DNA from: Macrostomum lignano
Taxonomy: Eukaryota
Assembly: GCA_002269645.1 (NCBI GenBank)
Contig: NIVC01000019.1
Coordinates: 1,054,001 to 1,118,000, forward strand
Direction: 5' to 3'
DNA length: 64,000 nucleotides
Position numbers and translations under genes: made by a program. The notes below the pieces were generated by a model. It searched no databases and had not been told where the DNA came from. It was given only the letters and a program-made list of their open reading frames with translations. This document shows positions 31,812 to 44,049 of this stretch, one piece after another (the stretch's first letter is position 1; each line of letters opens with the position of its first letter).

Positions 31812-33860
31812 CAATCCATTCTATTCCTGCATCCTTGTGGGCTAGATTAGCAATCCATTCTATTCCTGCATCCTTGTGGGCTAGATTAGCAATCCATTCT
31901 ATTCCTGCATCCTTGTGGGCTAGATTAGCAATCCATTCTATTCCTGCATCCTTGAGGGATAGATTAGCAATCCATTCTATTCCTGCATCCTTGTGGGCTA
32001 GATTAGCAATCCATTCTATTCCTGCATCCTTGTGGGCTGAATTAGCAATCCATTCCATTCCTGCATCCTTGTGGGCTAGATTAGCAATCCATTCTATTCC
32101 TGCATCCTTGTGGGCTAGATTAGCAATATATTCCATTCCTGCATCCTTGTGGGCTAGATTAGCAATCCATTCTATTCCCGCATCCTTGTGGGCTAGATTA
32201 GCAATCCATTCTATTCCCGCATCCTTGTGGGCTAGATTAGCAATCCATTCTATTCCTGCATCCTTGTGGGCTAGATTAGCAATCCATTCTATTCCTGCAT
32301 CCTTGTGGGCTAGATTAGCAATCCATTCTATGTCTGCATCATTGTGGGCTAGATTAGCAATCCATTCTATTCCTGCATCCTTGAGGGATAGATTAGCAAT
32401 CCATTCTATTCCTGCATCCTTGTGGGCTAGATTAGCAATATATTCCATTCCTGCATCCTTGTGGGCTAGATTAGCAATCCATTCTATTCCCGCATCCTTG
32501 TGGGCTAGATTAGCAATCCATTCTATTCCTGCATCCTTGTGGGCTAGATTAGCAATCCATTCTATTCCTGCATCCTTGTGGGCTAGATTAGCAATCCATT
32601 CCATTCCTGCATCCTTGTGGGCTAGATTAGCAATCCATTCTATTCCTGCATCCTTGTGGGCTAGATTAGCAATTTATTCTATGTCTGCATCCTTGTGGGC
32701 TAGATTAGCAATCCAGTTATTCCTGCATCCTTGTGGGCTAGATTAGCAATCCATTCTATTCCTGCATCCTTGTGGGCTAGATTAGCAATCCATTCTATTC
32801 CTGCATTTGCATGGGCTAGATTAGCAATCCATTCTATTCCCGCATCCTTGTGGGCTAGATTAGCAATCCATTCTATTCCTGCATCCTTGTGGGCTAGATT
32901 AGCAATCCATTCTATTCCTGCATCCTTGTGGGCTAGATTAGCAATCCATTCTATTCCTGCATTTGCATGGGCTAGATTAGCAATCCATTCTATTCCCGCA
33001 TCCTTGTGGGCTAGATTAGCAATCCATTCTATTCCTGCATCCTTGTGGGCTAGATTAGCAATCCATTCTATTCCTGCATCCTTGTGGGCTAGATTAGCAA
33101 TCCATTCTATTCCTACATCCTTGTGGGCTAGATTAACAATCCATTCTATTCCTGCATCCTTGTGGGCTAGATTAGCAATCCATTCTATTCCTGTATCCTT
33201 GTGGGCTAGATTAGCAATCCATTCTATTCCTGCATCCTCATGGGCTAGATTAGCAATCCATTCTATTCCTGCATCCTCATGGGCTAGATTAGCAATCCAT
33301 TCTATTCCTGCATCCTTGAGGGCTAGATTAGCAATCCATTCTATTCCTGCATCCTTGTGGGCTGAATTAGCAATCCATTCTATTCCTGCATCCTTGTGGG
33401 CTAGATTAGCAATCCATTCTATTCCTGCATCCTCATGGGCTAGATTAGCAATCCATTCTATTCCTGCATCCTCATGGGCTAGATTAGCAATCCATTCTAT
33501 TCCTGCATCCTTGAGGGCTAGATTAGCAATCCATTCTATTCCTGCATCCTTGTGGGCTGAATTAGCAATCCATTCTATTCCTGCATCCTTGAGGGATAGA
33601 TTAGCAATCCATTCTATTCCTGCATCCTTGTGGGCTAGATTAGCAATCCATTCTATTCCTGCATCCTTGTGGGCTAGATTAGCAATCCATTCTATTCCTG
33701 CATCCTTGTGGGCTAGATTAGCAATCCATTCTATTACTGCATCCTTGTGGGCTAGATTAGCAATCCATTCTATTCCTGCATCCTTGTGGGCTAGATTAGC
33801 AATCCATTCTATTACTGCATCCTTGTGGGCTAGATTAGCAATCCATTCTATTACTGCATG
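31812..33860. repeat. 39-bp minisatellite (GCAATCCATTCTATTCCTGCATCCTTGTGGGCTAGATTA), about 52 copies
   Basis: Direct reading. Confidence 0.96.
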
Positions 33861-34429
33861 TATTCATTTGAATGTCTGTTATGACTTATATTATGAATAG
33901 TTCATTGGTGCAGCTCTTCACCACAGTAGTAATCTACTTCAATAGCATTTCAGCAATAGTCTTTCACTAAAAGTATTCACCGCACCGTTCTTTAAAGACT
34001 CTCCACTCGGTCCTATTTTTAGAATGCTTTCAATTCATTTTAATTCCGCTGCCAGCTTTCAACGGCACTCCCAAGTGAACGAAGTATTGTTTTATTCAAA
34101 GCATTCTTTGTTAACTCTCTCTCTCCGGCTTGTGTATTTTTGACTGATATGTGCAGGGCTGAGTTTCACTGAATCCCATGAAATGTATTCTCAGCTACAA
34201 GAGAAAAATCCTGCATTGTAAATGGATTCGCACACTGGAGCGGTCCCGACACATGGCAGGCGTGCTGAGGTCCTCTCGTTTGCTTGATATCGCTCTGTGT
34301 GCGCGTCTTCTTCTGTTGCTGCTGCTGCTCTGCTGTGCAGACTTTCTCCTGAATTTCTACCAATTCTCTGCCTACTCCTGCTTTCACATGCCTGCCTCTC
34401 TGCTTTAAACCATACCAGAATCTTCCTTT

Positions 34430-35300
34430 CCTTCTCTCCTCCTCCCTCTCCTTCTCCCTCTCCCTCTCCTCTCTTCCTCATTCTCCCTCTCCTTCTCCCT
34501 CTCCTTCTCCCTCTCCTCCTCCCTCTCCTTCTCCCTCTCCCTGTCCTCTCTTTCTCATTCTCCCTCTCCTTCTCCCTTCTCCCTCTCCTCCTCCCTCTCC
34601 TTCTCCCTCTATTCCTCCCTCTCCTTCTCCCTCTCCCTCTCCTCTCTTCCTCATTCTCCCTCTCCTCCTCCCTCTCCTCCTCCCTCTCCTTCTCCCTCTC
34701 CTCCTCCCTCTCCTCCTCCCTCTCCTTCTCCCTCTCCTCCCTCTCCTTCTCCCTCTCCTCTCTTCCTCATTCTCCCTCTCCTCCTCCCTCTCCTCCTCCC
34801 TCTCCTTCTCCCTCTCCTCCTCCCTCTCCTCCTCCCTCTCCTTCTCCCTCTCCTCCTCCCTCTCCTTCTCCCTCTCCCTCTCCCTCTTTCTCTCCCTCTC
34901 CTCCTCCCTCTCCTTCTCCCTCTCCTCCTTCCTCTCCTTCTCCCTCTCCCTCTTCTCTCTTTCCCATTCTCCCTCTCCTTCTCCCTCTCTTTCTCTCTCT
35001 TCCTCTCCCTCCCCTTCTCCCTCTCCTCCTCCCTCTCCTCCTCCCTCTCCTTCTCCCTCTCCTCCTCTCTCTCCTTCTCCCTCTCCCTCTCCCTCTTTCT
35101 CTCCCTCTCCTCCTCCCTCTCCTTCTCCCTCTCCTCCTCCCTCTCCTTCTCCCTCTCCCTCTCCTCTCTTTCTCATTCTCCCTCTCCTTCTCCCTCTCCT
35201 CCTCCCTCTCCTTCTCCCTCTCCCTCTCCTCTCTTTCTCATTCTCCCTCTCTTTCTCTCTCTTCCTCTCCCTCCCCTTCTCCCTCTCCCTCTCCTTCTCA
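34430..35300. repeat. CT-rich 6/12-bp repeat (CTCCCTCTCCTT)n
   Basis: Direct reading. Confidence 0.9.
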
Positions 35301-36221
35301 CTCTGCCGATATCTTACGACCTCGGTCTCCCTCGTTTGGTGAAGAGCCCAGAAGCTTGAAACCGCCAATTTTAAAACTCAAATACGCTCGAACATCTCGT
35401 CTCTCTCTCTCCCTATCTCTCCCTTCACATCCCGCTTCCTTCCCCCGGCTCCTCCTCCCCTATCTCTATAGCATGTCAATGTGTCATATGGTTGCAATAT
35501 TTGCAAGCCAAGCGTCAACTACGAGTATATTGAAATCAATTATAAAAGTCACGTGCAAAGTATGCTACGAGTGTATGTTCTACAATGCTCCATATTCGCC
35601 TTCTTATTACTTATCATATAATTCGCATTAGTTATATAAGTAAACTATAGAACATTAACTGCATCTTCTGCCTTCACTTCTGTGGTGTTCGGTGCTTGGG
35701 CACCCAATACCTATCAAATTAGTTACATCCGGCATCTGGCCGGACTAATTTATGTTTCTTGGATTCCCAACAGCAAGCAAGAAGAGATAAATGCTTTTAG
35801 AGACTTAGAAAGTACTTTTTCGTATCTATGTAAACGCTTTCCGCTGTGTTTCCAGTTCACAGCGAAAAGTTCACAGTTCACAGTTAAACTTTGAGTTTAC
35901 CGGTAGAGATCCAGGTGCAACACTTCAGGAAACTGTTGCGACTGCTCAGGCAGTCACTTAGAATTTGGTATTATTTGCTTCCGGTTTGAACTGCTCAAGG
36001 GGTTTTCAAGAATTTGCTATTGATTTTCAGGCTTGCACCTGGTTTTACTGATTAATGATTCCAGTGTGATGAATAGACATAGCGGATCCACTGCATTGTC
36101 AGGACTTCCCCTCCTTGGCTATTCATTTTTTAGCACAAATTTAAGTTGAACTGCATGCCTTGAGCTGTGGGTTAAGTTTTAAACTTTTGGTTTAACCTTG
36201 TAAATCAGAAGGCAGACAGTC

Positions 36222-39200
36222 ATAAACTCTGGGTACTTCTGTGGTTGATTACCCTATAAACTCTGGGTACTTCTGTGGTTGATTAACCTATAAACTCTGG
36301 GTACTTCTGTGGTTGATTACCTTATAAACTCTGGGTACTTCTGTGGTTGATTAACCTATAAACTCTGGGTACTTCTGTGGTTGATTACTCTATAAACTCT
36401 GGGTACTTCTGTGGTCCACTACCCTATAAACTCTGGGTACTTCTGTGGTTGATTAACCTATAAACTCTGGGTACTTCTGTGGTCCGCTACCCTATAAACT
36501 CTGGGTACTTCTGTGGTCCGCTACCCTATAAACTCTGGGTACTTCTGTGGTCCACTACCCTATTAACTCTGGGTACTTCTGTGGTTGATTAACCTATAAA
36601 CTCTGGGTACTCCTGTGGTCCACTACCCTATAAACTCTGGGTACTTCTGTGGTTGATTAACCTATAAACTCTGGGTACTTCTGTGGTTGATTAACCTATA
36701 AACTCTGGGTACTTCTGTGGTTGATTAACCTATAAACTCTGGGTACTTCTGTGGTCCGCTACCCTATAAACTCTGGGTACTTCTGTGGTCCGCTACCCTA
36801 TAAACTCTGGGTACTTCTGTGGTCCGCTACCCTATAAACTCTGGGTACTTCTGTGGTCCGCAACCCTATAAACTCTGGGTACTTCTGTGGTCCACTACCC
36901 TATAAACTCTGGGTACTTCTGTGGTCCGCTACCCTATAAACTCTGGGTACTTCTGTGGTCCACTACCCTATAAACTCTGGGTACTTCTGTGGTCCGCAAC
37001 CCTATAAACTCTGGGTACTTCTGTGGTCCGCTACCCTATAAACTCTGGGTACTTCTGTGGTCCGCTACCCTATAAACTCTGGGTACTTCTGTGGTCCACT
37101 ACCCTATAAACTCTGGGTACTTCTGTGGTCCGCAACCCTATAAACTCTGGGTACTTCTGTGGTCCGCTACCCTATAAACTCTGGGTACTTCTGTGGTCCG
37201 CTACCCTATAAACTCTGGGTACTTCTGTGGTCCGCTACCCTATAAACTCTGGGTACTTCTGTGGTCCACTACCCTATAAACTCTGGGTACTTCTGTGGTC
37301 CACTACCCTATAAACTCTGGGTACTTCTGTGGTCCGCTACCCTATAAACTCTGGGTACTTCTGTGGTCCGCTACCCTATAAACTCTGGGTACTTCTGTGG
37401 TCCGCTACCCTATAAACTCTGGGTACTTCTGTGGTTGATTAACCTATAAACTCTGGGTACTCCTGTGGTCCACTACCCTATAAACTCTGGGTACTTCTGT
37501 GGTTGATTAACCTATAAACTCTGGGTACTTCTGTGGTCCACTACCCTATTAACTCTGGGTACTTCTGTGGTCCGCTACCCTATAAACTCTGGGTACTTCT
37601 GTGGTCCACTACCCTATTAACTCTGGGTACTTCTGTGGTCCGCTACCCTATAAACTCTGGGTACTTCTGTGGTCCGCTACCCTATAAACTCTGGGTACTT
37701 CTGTGGTCCGCAACCCTATAAACTCTGGGTACTTCTGTGGTCCGCTACCCTATAAACTCTGGGTACTTCTGTGGTCCGCTACCCTATAAACTCTGGGTAC
37801 TTCTGTGGTCCACTACCCTATAAACTCTGGGTACTTCTGTGGTTGATTAACCTATAAACTCTGGGTACTTCTGTGGTTGATTAACCTATAAACTCTGGGT
37901 ACTTCTGTGGTCCACTACCCTATAAACTCTGGGTACTTCTGTGGTCCGCTACCCTATAAACTCTGGGTACTTCTGTGGTCCGCTACCCTATAAACTCTGG
38001 GTACTTCTGTGGTCCGCTACCCTATAAACTCTGGGTACTTCTGTGGTCCGCTACCCTATAAACTCTGGGTACTTCTGTGGTCCGCTACCCTATAAACTCT
38101 GGGTACTTCTGTGGTCCGCTACCCTATAAACTCTGGGTACTTCTGTGGTCCGCTACCCTATAAACTCTGGGTACTTCTGTGGTCCGCTACCCTATAAACT
38201 CTGGGTACTTCTGTGGTCCGCTACCCTATAAACTCTGGGTACTTCTGTGGTCCACTACCCTATTAACTCTGGGTACTTCTGTGGTTGATTAACCTATAAA
38301 CTCTGGGTACTCCTGTGGTCCACTACCCTATAAACTCTGGGTACTTCTGTGGTTGATTAACCTATAAACTCTGGGTACTCCTGTGGTCCACTACCCTATA
38401 AACTCTGGGTACTCCTGTGGTCCACTACCCTATAAACTCTGGGTACTTCTGTGGTTGATTAACCTATAAACTCTGGGTACTTCTGTGGTCCACTACCCTA
38501 TAAACTCTGGGTACTTCTGTGGTCCGCTACCCTATAAACTCTGGGTACTTCTGTGGTCCGCTACCCTATAAACTCTGGGTACTTCTGTGGTCCGCTACCC
38601 TATAAACTCTGGGTACTTCTGTGGTCCGCTACCCTATAAACTCTGGGTACTGCTGTGGTCCGCTACCCTATAAACTCTGGGTACTTCTGTGGTCCGCTAC
38701 CCTATAAACTCTGGGTACTTCTGTGGTCCGCTACCCTATAAACTCTGGGTACTTCTGTGGTTGATTAACCTATAAACTCTGGGTACTCCTGTGGTCCACT
38801 ACCCTATAAACTCTGGGTACTTCTGTGGTTGATTAACCTATAAACTCTGGGTACTCCTGTGGTCCACTACCCTATAAACTCTGGGTACTTCTGTGGTTGA
38901 TTAACCTATAAACTCTGGGTACTTCTGTGGTCCGCTACCCTATAAACTCTGGGTACTTCTGTGGTCCGCTACCCTATAAACTCTGGGTACTTCTGTGGTC
39001 CGCTACCCTATAAACTCTGGGTACTTCTGTGGTCCGCTACCCTATAAACTCTGGGTACTTCTGTGGTCCGCTACCCTATAAACTCTGGGTACTTCTGTGG
39101 TCCGCTACCCTATTAACTCTGGGTACTTCTGTGGTCCGCTACCCCATAAACTCTGGGTACTTCTGTGGTCCGCTACCCTATAAACTCTGGGTACTTCTGT

Positions 39201-40222
39201 GGTCCGCTACCCTATAAACTCTGGGTACTTCTGTGGTCCGCTACCCTATAAACTCTGGGTACTTCTGTGGTCCGCTACCCTATAAACTCTGGGTACTTCT
39301 GTGGTCCGCTACCCTATAAACTCTGGTTACTTCTGTGGTCCACTACCCTATAAACTCTGGGTACTTCTGTGGTCCACTACCCTATAAACTCTGGGTACTT
39401 CTGTGGTCCGCTACCCTATAAACTCTGGGTACTTCTGTGGTCCGCTACCCTATAAACTCTGGGTACTTCTGTGGTCCGCTACCCTATAAACTCTGGTACT
39501 TCTGTGGTCCGCAACCCTATAAACTCTGGGTACTTCTGTGGTCCACTACCCTATAAACTCTGGGTACTTCTGTGGTCCGCTACCCTATAAACTCTGGGTA
39601 CTTCTGTGGTCCACTACCCTATAAACTCTGGGTACTTCTGTGGTCCGCAACCCTATAAACTCTGGGTACTTCTGTGGTCCGCTACCCTATAAACTCTGGG
39701 TACTTCTGTGGTCCGCTACCCTATAAACTCTGGGTACTTCTGTGGTCCACTACCCTATAAACTCTGGGTACTTCTGTGGTCCGCAACCCTATAAACTCTG
39801 GGTACTTCTGTGGTCCGCTACCCTATAAACTCTGGGTACTTCTGTGGTCCGCTACCCTATAAACTCTGGGTACTTCTGTGGTCCGCTACCCTATAAACTC
39901 TGGGTACTTCTGTGGTCCGCTACCCTATAAACTCTGGGTACTTCTGTGGTCCACTACCCTATAAACTCTGGGTACTTCTGTGGTCCGCTACCCTATAAAC
40001 TCTGGTACTTCTGTGGTCCGCTACCCTATAAACTCTGGGTACTTCTGTGGTCCGCTACCCTATAAACTCTGGGTACTTCTGTGGTCCACTACCCTATAAA
40101 CTCTGGGTACTTCTGTGGTCCGCTACCCTATAAACTCTGGGTACTTCTGTGGTTGATTAACCTATAAACTCTGGGTACTTCTGTGGTCCGCTACCCTATA
40201 AACTCTGGGTACTTCTGTGGTC
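36222..40222. repeat. 34-bp VNTR (CTATAAACTCTGGGTACTTCTGTGGTCCGCTACC), about 117 copies
   Basis: Direct reading; period 34 at 36481/36515; variants CCGCTACC/CCACTACC/CCGCAACC/TGATTAAC. Confidence 0.97.
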
Positions 40223-40705
40223 AGCTCCGCCTTTAAAAAACAGGTACAGATTCCTTAGCAACGTAATAATCATCCGTCAGTTTTAAGTATATCGTTACTG
40301 CATATTTGAAATCCTTTCTGTGGCCCTGTGGCCCAGTGCATGCCATTTAAATTGCCTTGCAAAAACAGCTTCTCCCTTCACTTCTCGGAATGAAGATAAA
40401 TGAAGCCCCACGTCGCAGAAGTTGTTGCTAACTTGCTACACCGTCCTGGGAGAGACCACCCCGGCAGTGTGACGGGCTGCCGCGTATGCTTTTCCTCTTT
40501 TTATCGCATTTTCGTACCTGCACGGTTGAAAGATGGGTATGGGGAATTAGTGCAATTCGAGACCATACAGTATTTGCACCGGCTGCAGGTATTTTTGGCA
40601 TTGCATAGCTGTCTGCAGCTTAGAAATATCAATTTTGCGCTTCTCGATTCCTAATTAGTTTTGATTCGACACCTGTTGCCTTTCACGCGGGTGAGTTGAC
40701 AATGT

Positions 40706-41420
<715 letters not shown>

Positions 41421-42011
41421 ACTAGAGAGTCACTATTTTTACAATTTCTATGCAATCATTCAAGATCCAGTATGATATGATATCTATCGTTAAAAGTACA
41501 TTTTTCGCTGCGCTAGTAATTAGATTTGACGCAAATCCTGACGCCCTCCGATGCCCCGAATGTTGAGCAACAGGGCATGAAAGCTCCTGGGCTGCTCAGG
41601 ACTTCAATTAGCAAATAAAAAACTGGGCTAGGGGAGTGGGCAGATTGGATCCGGGATGGGAATAAACTTTGCGAGGTTGGCCTTCAAGCTGAAGGATCGG
41701 AGAGAATTTTGAGGAAAATTACAGAGGCCAATAGAGGCCAAATTATGCAGGGCCTCACTTCTTTCTCATTTCCCGGGAGAGAAAGAAAGAAAGAGGAAGG
41801 GAACGGCAGCTCTTGGCTCGCCCCCTCTTTGTGTGGTTCACGGCTCTGCAGTTAATTTTTCATCACTTCTATGCGACCCCTAAACAGATTTGGAGAGAAC
41901 TTGCATGCGCTGGTGGCTTCTTGCGTTTGCTTTCTTCTTCTGTAAGACCTGTTCTGAGCACTGCCCCGCATTTGAGCATTGTACCTTTCTCCTTTCTCTC
42001 CCCCTCTGCAT

Positions 42012-42960
42012 CTCTTTCCCCGCCTCCCCGTCTTTCCCCGCCTCCCCGTCTTTCCCCGCCTCCCCCTCTTTCCCCGCCTCCCCCTCTTTCCCCGCCTCCC
42101 CTCTTTCCCCGCCTCCCCCTCTTTCCCCGCCTCCCCTCTTTCCCTGCCTCCACCTCCTTCCCCGCCTCCCCCTCTTTCCCCGCCTCCCCTCTTTTCCCGC
42201 CTCCCCCTCTTTCCCCGCCTCCCCCTCTTTCCCCGCTTCCCCCTATTTCCCTGCCTCCACCTCCTTCCCCGCCTCCACCTCTTTCCCCGCCTCCCCCTCT
42301 TTCCCTGCCTCCCCCTCTTTCCCTGCCTCCCCCTCTTTCCCCGCCTCCCCTCTTTCCCCGCCTCCCCCTCTTTCCATGCCTCCACCTCCTTCCCCGCCTC
42401 CCCCTATTTCCCTGCCTCCACCTCTTTCCCCGCCTCCCCCTCTTTCCCCGCCTCCCCCTCTTTCCCCGCCTCCCCCTCTTTCCCTGCCTCCACCTCCTTC
42501 CCCGCCTCCCCCTCTTTCCCCGCCTCCCCCTCTTTCCCCGCCTCCCCCTCTTTCCCCGCCTCCCCCTCTTTCCCCGCCTCCCCCTATTTCCCTGCCTCCA
42601 CCTCCTTCCCCGCCTCCACCTCTTTCCCCGCCTCCCCCTCTTTCCCTGCCTCCCCTCTTTCCCCGCCTCCCCCTCTTTCCCCGCCTCCCCCTCTTTCCCC
42701 GCCTCCCCCTCTTTCCCCGCCTCCCCTCTTTCCCGCCTCCCCCTATTTCCCTGCCTCCACCTCCTTCCCCGCCTCCACCTCTTTCCCCGCCTCCCCCTCT
42801 TTCCCTGCCTCCCCCTCTTTCCCTGCCTCCCCCTCTTTCCCCGCCTCCCCCTCTTTCCCCGCCTCCCCCTCTTTCCATGCCTCCACCTCCTTCCCCGCCT
42901 CCCCCTATTTCCCCGCCTCCCCCTCTTTCCCCGCCTCCCAATCTTTTTTCCCGCCTCCCC
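42012..42960. repeat. 18-19-bp C-rich minisatellite (CCCCGCCTCCCCCTCTTT)
   Basis: Direct reading. Confidence 0.92.
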
Positions 42961-43499
42961 ACTCGTCCCTTAGGAAAGTTATCCATTAACTAAGCGTAGT
43001 TAACTCAGTTATACATAGTAATAACTAGTAGTAGTTATAACTATACCGTATACAGATGTAATTGAGAAGTTTTTGGGTGGCACAGATCGCACTAACAGCG
43101 GGAACCCTTGGATTCAACCGCTGCATTGTGGCCGTTATTCAAGCCGGTCCGACCGCAATACCAGCATTGATTGCACTGTATTGGGTAGGGGCGGGGCTCC
43201 GTATTGGGTGAGCATAGTCTAGCAAACCCTTTGAACAATTTTTTCCAATCGGGAACGGCCAGAACACGCAAGAATGCATAGGCCATGCATTGTATGAACT
43301 AAGCGTTCTTTTCCTTCAGTACCTTACCCTCTCATCATCTGCATTACTCTACTGATCTTTTTGTGTGCCTGCTTTTCTACTGCTTCTCCAAGGGCCGCGT
43401 TTTGTCGCTTGTGTTCCTTTGTGATTTGCTGGTTTTTTTTAACTGGCTCTACCCTCTGACCTGGTTAAATTACACCCATGTCTATATAGTTTTGTCTGC

Positions 43500-43695
43500 C
43501 CTAGCGTCTGTCTCAGTGTCTGTCTGTCTCAGTGTCTGTCTGTCTGTCTCAATGTCTGTCTTAGTGTCTGTCTCAGTGTGTGTCTCAGTGTCTGTGTCAG
43601 TGCCTGTCTCAGTGTCTGTCTCCGTGTCTGTCTCAGTGTCTGTCTCAGTGTCTGTCTCAGTGTCTGTCTGTCTGTCTCAGTGTCTGTCTCAGTGT
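43500..43695. repeat. Compound (TGTC)/(TCAGTGTCTGTC) microsatellite, left part, interrupted by Gypsy
   Basis: Direct reading; continues at 48318. Confidence 0.9.
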
Positions 43696-43920
43696 TGTAG
43701 CGAGCAACTCTAGCTGGTTGTTGCGAGTGTTAGTTAGCCACTCAAAAAGGTGGAGAAATAGAATGTGGCTGTGCCTGTATATTTATTGTCTGGTAGAACA
43801 CAGATTTCCGGTTCATTGAGTGCGCGTTGGGATGTGCTCGAGCAGAGGGAAGTGGATAGGCTGGGTGGGGGTCACGGAGTGCAAACTAGGTGCCCGAACT
43901 GCCTGCCTGCGCATGCTACA
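43696..43920 (-). repeat. 3' LTR
   Basis: Identical to the 5' LTR; AATAAA on the minus strand at 43782-43787. Confidence 0.97.
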
Positions 43921-43930
43921 TCCCTCGTCT
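43921..43930 (-). promoter_or_regulatory. Polypurine tract
   Basis: AGACGAGGGA directly abutting the 3' LTR on the minus strand. Confidence 0.75.
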
Positions 43931-44049
43931 GGTGGATTGGAACCCGGGGTGGGGTTGGGTACAACGTTGGGTTCATGTTACGCGCGATCGAGCAATCAGT
44001 ATCAGTCATTAGAGCCAATGATCAGTCCTTGCTGCTGTTCCGCCAGCTG

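Noticed and set aside
31784-33900. ORFs of (AIHSIPASLWARL)n / (IEWIANLAHKDAG)n as repeat proteins
   Set aside because: The 39-bp unit is open on both strands, a frameshift occurs near 32715, and there are no flanking coding signals.
36222-40222. CRISPR array
   Set aside because: Head-to-tail units with no unique spacers, no cas genes, eukaryotic context.
43086-43210. Possible small hydrophobic exon (IALTAGTLGFNRCIVAVI..) as GluN1 M4
   Set aside because: No similarity to the GluN1 S2/M4 consensus (NMAGVF..); splice signals are weak.
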